Shown: piece by piece, positions 1-8,851 of the stretch
Numbering within the stretch: position 1 is the first letter of the stretch
Layout of the letters: each line of letters starts with the position of its first letter
Notes under the pieces: model-generated
The model's database searches: none
What the model saw: the letters and a program-made list of their open reading frames with translations, nothing else
What the model was told of the DNA's origin: nothing
From: Anaerolineae bacterium
GTDB taxonomy: Bacteria; Chloroflexota; Anaerolineae; Epilineales; Epilineaceae
Direction: 5' to 3'
Assembly: GCA_038913135.1 (NCBI GenBank)
Contig: JBCLES010000001.1
Location: forward strand, 31,823-95,822
Length of the DNA stretch: 64,000 nt
Made by a program: the position numbers and the translations under genes

Positions 1-729
1 ACCTCGTACAACAATTTCTACGAGTTCAGTCCGCGGAAAGAACCTGTGGCGGAACTAGCGCAGGGCTTTACGACGTCGCCGTGGCAGGTCGAGGTCGGCG
101 GACTCGTCGCGAATCCCGGGACGTTCGACATCGATGATCTGAAAGAAGACTTCGATATCGAAGAACGGATATACCGGCTCCGTTGCGTCGAGGCATGGTC
201 CATGGTTATCCCATGGAGCGGCTTTCCATTGGCGGCCCTCTTGGCGCTGGTCGAGCCGCTCGGCGCTGCGCGCTACGTGCGCTTCGAGTCGGTTCTACGG
301 CCCGAAGAAATGCCCGGCCAAAACGGCGGCGGTTATACATGGCCTTACGTCGAGGGCTTGCGTCTGGACGAGGCGATGAACCCGCTTGCGATTCTGGCGA
401 TCGGCATTTACGGCGAGGACCTACTCCCACAGAGCGGCGCGCCGATCCGCCTGGTTGTCCCCTGGAAGTACGGATTCAAGAGCATCAAGTCGATCGTGAA
501 GATCGACTTGGTCGAGGAGATGCCTACTTCGCTTTGGATGGATTCGGCACCAAGCGAGTACGGTTTTTTCGCGAACGTGAACCCTGAAGTCGACCATCCT
601 CGATGGTCACAGGGGAGCGAGCGACGGATCGAAGGCGGCCTGAAACGCCGTCCGACGCTGATGTTCAACGGATATGCGGGGCAAGTAGCTGAGCTCTACG
701 ACAATCTAGATTTAGCTGAGTGGTTCTGA
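1..729 (+). CDS. msrP: Protein-methionine-sulfoxide reductase catalytic subunit MsrP (YedY), 5'-truncated by the window edge
   Basis: The frame is open from base 1. The translation NNFYEF...[22 protein letters not shown]...[23 protein letters not shown]...[11 protein letters not shown]...FNGYA matches the E. coli MsrP motifs almost one for one. The stop overlaps the msrQ start. Confidence 0.9.
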   Translation, partial: TSYNNFYEFSPRKEPVAELAQGFTTSPWQVEVGGLVANPGTFDIDDLKEDFDIEERIYRLRCVEAWSMVIPWSGFPLAALLALVEPLGAARYVRFESVLRPEEMPGQNGGGYTWPYVEGLRLDEAMNPLAILAIGIYGEDLLPQSGAPIRLVVPWKYGFKSIKSIVKIDLVEEMPTSLWMDSAPSEYGFFANVNPEVDHPRWSQGSERRIEGGLKRRPTLMFNGYAGQVAELYDNLDLAEWF

Positions 730-1361
730 AGCGTCGCGGAGCGAAACTCCAAGCCGTCGCGATTATCGCCGCGGCGGCTCCGCTGGCTGAGCTTGGAAAT
801 CGCTTGGCCGGCGGGCTCGTTGTCGAACCGGTCGAGGCGATTACGCAACGGACCGGGCAAGCTGCGCTGTGGCTGCTGGTTGCATCCTTAGCATGCACAC
901 CGGCTTACACTTTTCTCGGCGCACGATGGGCCATACCACTAAGGCGCACGTTTGGCCTGTCCGCTTTCGCTTATGCATCGCTGCACCTGCTCAGCGTGAT
1001 CGGCCTCGACTTCGGTTTCGACGTTGCCCTGATCCTCACCGACGGGCTAGCCGAGCGCCCGTTCATCCTGATCGGTCTTGCTGCGTATCTGCTGCTCGCG
1101 CCGCTGGCCGTCACATCGACGCGCGGCTGGATGCGCCGGCTTGGCAAGCGCTGGAAGCTGCTTCATCGGGCCGTTTTCGTCGCTGTCGGCCTTGTCTTCG
1201 TTCACAGTACATGGGCGGTGAAGCCTGGGATTTTCGAGACTTGGCCTTGGGCTGTCGTGATAGGTGCGCTCATGGTCGCTCGCATCCCTGTCGTCAGGCA
1301 AAATGCTTCAGAGTTAAGTCGCAACGTTACGACCCTTCGACGCCGTGTGACAGCTGATTGA
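720..1361 (+). CDS. msrQ: MsrQ (YedZ) haem-binding membrane subunit
   Basis: A GTG start overlaps the msrP stop. The product is 213 aa with multiple hydrophobic helices and conserved His residues. Its size and its position directly after msrP fit MsrQ. Confidence 0.8.
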   Translation: MVLKRRGAKLQAVAIIAAAAPLAELGNRLAGGLVVEPVEAITQRTGQAALWLLVASLACTPAYTFLGARWAIPLRRTFGLSAFAYASLHLLSVIGLDFGFDVALILTDGLAERPFILIGLAAYLLLAPLAVTSTRGWMRRLGKRWKLLHRAVFVAVGLVFVHSTWAVKPGIFETWPWAVVIGALMVARIPVVRQNASELSRNVTTLRRRVTAD

Positions 1362-1400
1362 GATCGGGCTCAACGTACATGGCAATAGCATGATTCGAGC

Positions 1401-2246
1401 ATGCTGAGCCCCGACGCCGAGGCAGCGCTGGATCGCAATCGCGCCCTGTGGGACGGCTGGACTCGGTCGCGGGTATCGGCCGCCTTTGACGATCTCGCCG
1501 TGTTTCGCAGCGGCGCGAGCACACTCAGCCAGGCGGAGCTTGCGGCTATCGGTGACGTGAAGGGTCTTCGGCTGCTTCATCTACAGTGCAACTTCGGCCT
1601 GGACACTCTGTCGCTGGCGCGCGCCGGCGCAATGGTGACAGGCGCCGACTTTTCAGGTCCGGCGATCAAACTCGCGCGCGAACTCGCCGCCGAATGCGAT
1701 CTCGAAGCACACTTTGTGCATAGCGATCTCTATCGGCTGCCGACCGTTCTAAAGCAACGCTTCGATATGGTTTACAGTTCGCGCGGCGTCCTCAGCTGGC
1801 TGCCCGACATCCTCAGTTGGGCCCATGTCGTTGCGCACATGCTAGAGCCGGGCGGCCGCTTTCATCTCTTCGACGCGCATCCGACCGCCCAGATGTTCGA
1901 CGAGGAGCGCGAAATCTCCGACCCGCGCGTCCGCTATCCGTATTTCGGCGATCCGTCGGGCACTTATGTTCCACTCGCTGCAAGTGGGGCAGTCGAAGCG
2001 AACGGAGACGAAGCGAACGGAGACGAAGTGGAGCATGCACATCAGTGGGCACACACGCTCGGGGATGTCGTGTCCGCGCTGGCTGATTCCGGTCTCTCGA
2101 TAGACAACCTCACGGAGCACGAATTCAGCTTCTGGCAGGCTTTCCCTGGCCTCTATCCCGACCCCGAAGACCCGCGCCTCTGGAGACCGGCCGTTGGGGA
2201 AGGATTCATACCGCTGACGTTTTCACTCAACGCGACTCGGCTTTGA
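1401..2246 (+). CDS. Class I SAM-dependent methyltransferase
   Basis: Motif I-like LRLLHLQCNFGLDTLSLARAG is followed by an acidic post-I residue (TGADFS). The protein is 281 aa. It contains the in-frame EANGD-EANGD duplication. Confidence 0.75.
   Translation: MLSPDAEAALDRNRALWDGWTRSRVSAAFDDLAVFRSGASTLSQAELAAIGDVKGLRLLHLQCNFGLDTLSLARAGAMVTGADFSGPAIKLARELAAECDLEAHFVHSDLYRLPTVLKQRFDMVYSSRGVLSWLPDILSWAHVVAHMLEPGGRFHLFDAHPTAQMFDEEREISDPRVRYPYFGDPSGTYVPLAASGAVEANGDEANGDEVEHAHQWAHTLGDVVSALADSGLSIDNLTEHEFSFWQAFPGLYPDPEDPRLWRPAVGEGFIPLTFSLNATRL
1995..2028 (+). repeat. In-frame 15-bp tandem duplication (EANGD x2) in the methyltransferase gene
   Basis: gaagcgaacggagac occurs twice and is followed by a partial gaag. 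Confidence 0.9.
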
Positions 2247-2619
2247 GCTTCCGTCAGCCTATTTGCCTGTGCTGTCTTCACTTGTTCGCGCTAAGCGTTA
2301 ACATGATCATGGGAGGGATTGCCGGGCAACCGAGGTTGCTTCAGCCGTGTCAAAGCTTCTGGAAGTTTAATGGACAACCTTGGATGGAAGGACAGAGAGC
2401 ATCGCTCCGTGAAGTGGGTTCGAAACGATTCGTGAACCGCTACTCGTGCGCGGTGCCAACCTGAGTTGATCACCATCGACACCGATCTGTCTGTCGGACC
2501 TGGAAAGATGTATGCTGGCCGTGAAAAGTTCACTTGCCTCTGATAGCGCCGACGTGAAGAAGCAGATGCCGAGAATGAGCGGCCGCCCCGCGAGTGCCGC
2601 CAGACCCAAGGAGAGCAGC

Positions 2620-4470
2620 ATGGTAGTCAGTGAGGCGATTCGAGGAGTTGTGGCGCGCCTTTTCCGCGTCGGATTTGTCGCGGCATGTTCCGCGGCCGTT
2701 CTGGGCTTGGCAGGTGCGCCTTTATCGTCCTACCCGGGCCCGGCGATGGCGCAGGGCGGTGTGTCTGCCTGCCCCGACGAGCCAGGCCATGCTCGTTTCG
2801 ACCATGAGCTGCCGGCAGTTCCGCCTGCGCTCGACGTTGTCTTCGCGTTCGACCTCACCGGCAGTATGGGCGGCGTTGTGCGCCAGATGCAGGACAAGGC
2901 GACGAGCATCCTCGACGGCACGGTCGCGCGCTTTGGCGACGCAGAATTTTCGGTCGTCTCCTTCCGCGACTATGGATTCTCACCTTACGGCGGTACTGGA
3001 GACTTCGCGTTCCAGGTCGATCAGGTCGTGACCGACGATCATTCAGCGGTCCGAAGTGCGATCAGTCGCCTGGTCGCTACCGGAGGCGGCGACGGCCCTG
3101 AGTCATATAGCCGGGTGCTTTTCGAAGCCGCACATCCGGACAATTTGATGGGCTGGCGTGGAGGGACTCGTAAGGTCATGATCATGTTCGGCGACAACTA
3201 TCCGCATGACGACGACCTCAACGAAGGAATCCTACCGCCGGAGCCCATTATGGCCGGCGGCGTGTATCGCACCGGCGTCGCGCCGCCATATCTAGATCCG
3301 GGTCGTTCGGGCGACGACGGGCACAATCTGGACACATCGGACGACATCGACCTTCAGGCAGCGCTCGATGACATGTTCGGTGCAAACGTCACCCTGATAG
3401 CCGTCATGAACTCATTCTATTTCGGCGGGGGCGCTCCAATTGACTCGGCTCCGGTAACGTATTGGAGGCAATGGGCCGAACGCACCGCGGCTGGCGGCCT
3501 TGGTGTCGGTAGTGACGATACGGCCGACCTAGCTGTGGTTATCCTCGAACTTCTCGAGACAAGCACGCGGCGTCTAAGCACACTCGAGATCAAGGCCTCG
3601 CCGCCGCGCTATGAAAGTTGGGTGGCGACCAATCCCGCAACATACAGGGATATCGAAGTGCCGCCGGAGGGCTTGGCGCTGGGTTACGACGTGATTGTTA
3701 CACCTCCGGCCGGCACGCTGGCGGGTGACTATGTAATAAACCTCTCGCTCGTCGGTGACGGAGTGGAGTACGAGCGGCGGAGCATCACGGTCACCGTCGA
3801 CCCAATCTGCGCGCCGACTCCGACGCCTACGCCTCCAACGCCTCCACCTTCGCCTATCTTCCTACCGCTCTCACTGCGCGAAGAGTACTCGCCGAAAGTC
3901 ATCTTCTCGGATGTCGCGCTGGTCCTCGACGCCTCCTCGAGCATGACCGGCGACAAGATCGTCGCGGCGCGAGCCGCGGCTAACGCGTTCGTGGATGGCG
4001 CGAACTTGCCCAACAATCGCGTTGCCGTGATCGGCTTCAACGAAAGGGGCTGGCTGGCTCACCCGATGTCGGCTGACGCCGGTTCGCTGCGGAAGGCAAT
4101 CGACGGAATCGATATTACCCCGGGCACTCGCATCGATAGGGGCCTCGAAGTCGCGCTGGCCGAGTTCGAGGCTTCGCGGCTGCCGGAAGAGCGGATGCAG
4201 GTGCTCATCCTGATGACGGACGGTATACAGGGCAGCGACGAAGATGCCCCGCAGCGGCTGGCCGCTACGGCACGCGACTTGGGAATCCGCACCTTCACCG
4301 TCGGGCTTGGCGTCGATGTCGATGGACCGTACCTCGTCAGACTTGCCGGATCGTCTTCACGGTTCTTCCGCGCGCCGTCCGCCGCCGACCTGGCGCCGGT
4401 GTTCGACAGCCTCGCCCGATTGCTGCCCTGCCCAGCGGAAAAGTTCTGGGGCAAGCGCTGCAGGAGTTGA
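2620..4470 (+). CDS. Secreted double-VWA protein: N-terminal VWA variant, Ig-like domain, P/T linker, then a classical VWA domain
   Basis: The ORF opens at 2512, but the ATG at 2620 follows AAGGAG with a 6-nt spacer and yields a signal peptide (VGFVAACSAAVLGLAGA). MIDAS 1 is DVVFAFDLTGSM with GGGDGPESYSRV. A PTPTPPTPPPSP linker follows. MIDAS 2 is LVLDASSSM...TRIDRG...LMTDG. Confidence 0.8.
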   Translation: MVVSEAIRGVVARLFRVGFVAACSAAVLGLAGAPLSSYPGPAMAQGGVSACPDEPGHARFDHELPAVPPALDVVFAFDLTGSMGGVVRQMQDKATSILDGTVARFGDAEFSVVSFRDYGFSPYGGTGDFAFQVDQVVTDDHSAVRSAISRLVATGGGDGPESYSRVLFEAAHPDNLMGWRGGTRKVMIMFGDNYPHDDDLNEGILPPEPIMAGGVYRTGVAPPYLDPGRSGDDGHNLDTSDDIDLQAALDDMFGANVTLIAVMNSFYFGGGAPIDSAPVTYWRQWAERTAAGGLGVGSDDTADLAVVILELLETSTRRLSTLEIKASPPRYESWVATNPATYRDIEVPPEGLALGYDVIVTPPAGTLAGDYVINLSLVGDGVEYERRSITVTVDPICAPTPTPTPPTPPPSPIFLPLSLREEYSPKVIFSDVALVLDASSSMTGDKIVAARAAANAFVDGANLPNNRVAVIGFNERGWLAHPMSADAGSLRKAIDGIDITPGTRIDRGLEVALAEFEASRLPEERMQVLILMTDGIQGSDEDAPQRLAATARDLGIRTFTVGLGVDVDGPYLVRLAGSSSRFFRAPSAADLAPVFDSLARLLPCPAEKFWGKRCRS

Positions 4471-4531
4471 GCGCGGGCTAGCCTTCGCAGGGATATTATA
4501 TTGTCCGTCGGAGTGAAATCGGATCACGAAT

Positions 4532-4557
4532 GCGGGGCGGCCCAACGGCCGCCCCGC
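4532..4557. terminator. Bidirectional intrinsic-terminator-like hairpin between convergent genes
   Basis: A perfect 11-bp GC stem, GCGGGGCGGCC-CAAC-GGCCGCCCCGC, sits in the 118-bp gap between the convergent VWA genes. Confidence 0.55.
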
Positions 4558-4588
4558 CGTTCGTCCTGATTTATGTCGAGCAACGGGG

Positions 4589-7500
4589 CTATCGGCAGGG
4601 GATGGCGCGCGCCAGCCTTTCGTAGATTCCGACGACTTCCGCGGCCGAAGGCGCCAGGTATACGCGATCGGGTGCGCCAGTGATCTCTGTGAGAACAGAC
4701 CCGGAAACGTCGGCGCCTAACCCGATCGCGTAGATAGTTACGCTGGCGTCGGCGGCGAGTCGGGCGATGAGGTACATGTCTTCTTCGCTGCCGGCTTGGG
4801 TTTGGCCATCGGTGAGCAAAACGATGATCGGATCGGCCTCGATCCGTCTCTCGGCGCCTGCGACTGTTTCAAGAGCTTCCCAAAGACCGCGATCGATGCG
4901 TGTCCCGACGGCGGTGGTCACCGAGTCGAGGGCGGCATCCAATAGATCCTTGCGCCCTGTGAGATCCTGAACCCGAGTCGCCCGATCGTCGAAAGTCACA
5001 ATGGCGGCTCTGTCGCGCGGCAGCGCGAGCAATGCGACGAACGTGCGCGCAGCACTGCGCGCGGCTTCGATCTTGGCACCATTCATCGACGACGAAGTGT
5101 CGATCAAAATCGCGACGTCGACCGGTCTGGTCTTCGGGACGCACACGTCTCGTTCGACCCACGGCAAGTAGAGAGGACGAAGCACGACGGGCGGCCGCAG
5201 CGTTGCCGTAGGTGTCGGCGAAGGGTTCAGAGTCGGAGTCGCGCTCGGTAGGCCGGTCGGCGTCACCAATACCACTCTGGGCGTTGACGTCGGTTCGACG
5301 GTCGCGGAGGCGGTCGGCGTCAGCGCGACGACCTCGACTATTGGAACGGGGAAATCGGCACGACCTTCGTTGCCGAATCCGTCAACATACACCGCATTCG
5401 CTCGAACATTGGTTGGCCGAAAACCGGTGGCCAACGGCTCTAGGCGATACGTGAGCGCGGGTGGGCCTTCAGGACCGATGTCGGTGAAGGTCCAACGCAG
5501 CAGGCGCGCGGACGGCATTTCCGCCGGCGGATTGACGCTGCCGGGGACCAGTCGCATGTCATCGGGGATTTCGTCCTCGATCACGAGGCTCTTCAAGAAA
5601 GGTCGATCAGCGAGGCCGCGGCCGAGATCGCCATACAGGTCAGGGAGAGCGCTGGACTCGGCTGCGTGGGAATAGCCGTCAGGCGGTCGCACGATCGACG
5701 CAAGCAACCCACGATCTGAAGGGTGGGATGCTCTGAGATCCGGAGTCGAAGTCGGCGTCGCATCCGGTCTGATCACAGTTGGTGTCAAGGGCGTCGGGCC
5801 TGGACCCTGCTCTGGAGCGTTCAAACGCGTGCGCGCCTGATAATCGGCGGCTCCATCCTTTAGGTCACGACTTGAGGGCAGCGCGTTTCGGCTGTCGCCT
5901 AGGGCGTCTTGACGAGCAATGGAGCCCAACCCGGTCGCGATTTCGCCGGCCTGATCCAATTCGGCTGATGCAAGATCAGGGAACGTTGCCACCTCTTCAT
6001 CGACGCCGAAGGCATAAACACGGGCCCCGAGCGCCCAAAGTCGGCGCGCCTCCCAAAGCGCGTGCTCTCGGTCACCGACAGGAGGAGCGTCCGGGCTGTC
6101 CGGCCCGGCGAAAATCGCAGCCTGGTCGAAAATGCTCGGCGAGAAGATCGCGACCACGGTGCCTGCGCTCGGGCGGCCCTTTGGACCGTTCAGTGCCTCG
6201 CGTCCGGCGCGCAATCCGTCGGCTATCCGGCCCTCGGCCCCACGATCCGGAGCTAAGAACGGTGGGAGGCACTCGTTGCGAAGTCCGCTGATCGCAGCCG
6301 TTAGCGCCGCCCGATCGTCCGTGAGAGGCTGTGTCAGACGCGCGCCGCCCAAGACATCGTTGAACGACACAACGGCGACGCGATCCGTGTCCAGATCAAT
6401 CTCATTGAGCAGGCGTAAACCTGCGGCGCGCGCATTCGCCAGTCGCCGACCGGCCAACTGGCAACTGCCATCGAACACCAACGCGATATCGAGCGCCGCG
6501 TGTTGCCCTGGGCAATCGACCGTGGTGTCTAACGTGACTTCCGTAGTTTCGCCGAGTCGCAACGTTGTCGGCGAAGCCCGTTTGTCCACTTCGACCGTGC
6601 ACGCGTGCCTGTTCGGCGGCAATGGAGGTTCAGGATCGGGCGCCGGACCGAGCGCGAACCGCACTATCCGGTCGCCGTCGGCATCCGGAATGTTCACACG
6701 TCCGTCCTCGTCCACAGCGATGTCGAGGTATCGCCCGGGTCCGGCCTCGTCCTCGATGCTCCATTCGGCCAACAAAGCGCCGTCTGAGGCGAACTTGTGA
6801 ACGCGTTCATCGGAGGTCAGAACGAAGAATGCTCCGTAGTTGTCGACAGCGAGTGATTCGGCCGCCTGCACCCCCAACCCGCCGAGCGTTACCGAACCGG
6901 CGTCGCGTCCAAATCGATCGATAGCCTTCAGCCGGCCGTCGCGCGCAAGGACCCACAGTCGGCCGCGAGCGTCGTAGGCCAGATCACGGTACGAAGTGAA
7001 AGCCTCGCGCGCGGTCGAGAGCGGCACCACGCCGATGATCGGCCTCACCGGCGCCCCTTCACAGGTTTGACTGGCGTTGCAGGCTCTATCGGTACAAGGT
7101 AGCGCAACGCTCGATGGACCACACGGGAATCCGGCGCGTATCACAATCTGAGCGTAACCCGTATTCAACGTCGCGATGTTCGTATCGACAGCGACCGCAG
7201 TGTTCCACCAGCCCGCGTCCGGAATCCGCTCGGCGATACGATTCCTGCGGGTGCGATCGTTAGGGTCGAGAACGTCGACCCATTCCGGACCGCAGCCGAG
7301 GAAGCACGCGAGCGACGAAACGCCCGCCCTGTTTCCTCCGAGCGCGATCGCGTGATAAGGGATACTCTGATCCGACGACACATCCATCCCGCCGCCACTC
7401 GGCCAACTGTGGAGGGTATCGAACCACCTTCCATCGGCCCGAAGAACGCGCAGGTCGTCCGTCTGATCGAGCACGAACAGATGATGCTCGCCTTCACCCA

Positions 7501-8674
7501 TGTCAAGGCGATGCGGATCGTATAGGTGTCTGCCGGATATCGTGGCATCCCCGCACGCAAGCGAAGGAATGACGTCCTCGAAGCCGCGCTCAGGGTGTGT
7601 GATGATGCGATCGAAAACGCGGAGTTGGGGCGCGTAGGTGAACACCAAGCCGACTCCAGGCCTGATCGCCAAGCGGCGCACGCCCTCGTGGTTGTCGATT
7701 TCGGGGACGATCTCCTGCATACCGCAGCGCGTGACGCCCGCTACGAATTTTTCGCGCAGTGGCGGCAAAGTTGAGAGCGGTGCGGTTGCCCGTCCTCCTG
7801 TGAAGCGCAAGATGCCGCGCTCCACCGCGACGTGCACGGTGCCGGAGGCGTCGACGGCAACATCGTACGGCGCTCCACCTGCCTCGCCCTCGTTCTCAAG
7901 CTCGAGCGATCCAACCGCTGCGCCGGATGTGTCGAACCACTGCACGCGCTGGTTGCCGTGATCAGCTACGTAAAGCCTGCCGGTTGTATCGAAGCTCAGG
8001 CCGAGGGGAGTGTTAAGCCGTCCGCTCAAGTCCGAAGGAACTCCTTCCGGTGCACCCCCGAACGATCCCAGCCGAACACCATCAGGGCTGAAGCGGTCGA
8101 TCCGATGTCCTGCAGCATCCGACACGTGCACGTTGCCATCAGGTCCCACAGCGATGCCGCGGGGACGGCCGATTTCCGTCCACTCGGCAAGCGCGGCGCC
8201 TGTGGAGAGTTCCATGACCTGAACTCGAGCGTTGCCGGTGTCGGCGACATAGAGTCGATTTCGCTCATCGTCAATCGCGACGTCCTCAGGTGCCTCGAAC
8301 GCGCCGATGCCGCTTCCGCGTGCGCCCCAAATGCCGACAAGATCTCCGGAGAGCGACCAGACGCTCACCCGATGATTGCCGCGTTCGGCTACGTAAGTCC
8401 GGCCGCCAGGGCCGATGTCGATGCCTTCCGGATGTCGGAGACCCGGTGCCGGCAACACACCAGACCACCCGTCAAGCAGCCGATAGTGTTCGGTCGGCGC
8501 GGTCGCTCTCTGCGCGGCGTGTTGCGCGCCCGGACGCGCCACGGCGCTCGGATGCGGGGCCGTCCCTGCCACAAAGCAGGCCGTCACGAACGTGAAGCAC
8601 AAAGTCGCCGCGACGAGTCGTCGCGGCACCGATGCCGATCGGGATGCCGACTTTTCGGGTATCACAGGAGTCAA
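4589..8674 (-). CDS. Giant secreted NHL-repeat beta-propeller / VWA protein (1361 aa)
   Basis: Signal-like N-terminus. There are at least 5 NHL-type repeats (YVAERGNHRVSVW, YVADTGNARVQV, HVSDAAGHRIDRF, YVADHGNQRVQWF) and a second propeller-like block. An internal VWA is degenerate (VFDGSCQ). After a P/T linker comes a C-terminal canonical VWA (ILIDTSSSM...TRIDRG...LLTDG). The start codon is uncertain (TTG at 8674). Confidence 0.8.
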   Translation of the reverse strand: MTPVIPEKSASRSASVPRRLVAATLCFTFVTACFVAGTAPHPSAVARPGAQHAAQRATAPTEHYRLLDGWSGVLPAPGLRHPEGIDIGPGGRTYVAERGNHRVSVWSLSGDLVGIWGARGSGIGAFEAPEDVAIDDERNRLYVADTGNARVQVMELSTGAALAEWTEIGRPRGIAVGPDGNVHVSDAAGHRIDRFSPDGVRLGSFGGAPEGVPSDLSGRLNTPLGLSFDTTGRLYVADHGNQRVQWFDTSGAAVGSLELENEGEAGGAPYDVAVDASGTVHVAVERGILRFTGGRATAPLSTLPPLREKFVAGVTRCGMQEIVPEIDNHEGVRRLAIRPGVGLVFTYAPQLRVFDRIITHPERGFEDVIPSLACGDATISGRHLYDPHRLDMGEGEHHLFVLDQTDDLRVLRADGRWFDTLHSWPSGGGMDVSSDQSIPYHAIALGGNRAGVSSLACFLGCGPEWVDVLDPNDRTRRNRIAERIPDAGWWNTAVAVDTNIATLNTGYAQIVIRAGFPCGPSSVALPCTDRACNASQTCEGAPVRPIIGVVPLSTAREAFTSYRDLAYDARGRLWVLARDGRLKAIDRFGRDAGSVTLGGLGVQAAESLAVDNYGAFFVLTSDERVHKFASDGALLAEWSIEDEAGPGRYLDIAVDEDGRVNIPDADGDRIVRFALGPAPDPEPPLPPNRHACTVEVDKRASPTTLRLGETTEVTLDTTVDCPGQHAALDIALVFDGSCQLAGRRLANARAAGLRLLNEIDLDTDRVAVVSFNDVLGGARLTQPLTDDRAALTAAISGLRNECLPPFLAPDRGAEGRIADGLRAGREALNGPKGRPSAGTVVAIFSPSIFDQAAIFAGPDSPDAPPVGDREHALWEARRLWALGARVYAFGVDEEVATFPDLASAELDQAGEIATGLGSIARQDALGDSRNALPSSRDLKDGAADYQARTRLNAPEQGPGPTPLTPTVIRPDATPTSTPDLRASHPSDRGLLASIVRPPDGYSHAAESSALPDLYGDLGRGLADRPFLKSLVIEDEIPDDMRLVPGSVNPPAEMPSARLLRWTFTDIGPEGPPALTYRLEPLATGFRPTNVRANAVYVDGFGNEGRADFPVPIVEVVALTPTASATVEPTSTPRVVLVTPTGLPSATPTLNPSPTPTATLRPPVVLRPLYLPWVERDVCVPKTRPVDVAILIDTSSSMNGAKIEAARSAARTFVALLALPRDRAAIVTFDDRATRVQDLTGRKDLLDAALDSVTTAVGTRIDRGLWEALETVAGAERRIEADPIIVLLTDGQTQAGSEEDMYLIARLAADASVTIYAIGLGADVSGSVLTEITGAPDRVYLAPSAAEVVGIYERLARAIPCR

Positions 8675-8851
8675 GACGTCCGGCGGGCTCAGCCGTCACG
8701 ACGGACTTTGTCTTCCAAGTTTTCTAACTAAGTCGTGCGGACGCCCTGGGTGACAGTCGTCGGAAGGGCGGTAACGCGTCACAAGGAAGAGGGCGCGGAG
8801 CGAATCCACTCGCCCCACGCCCCTCTTTCCGATTCAAACTTCAGTTCGCTT

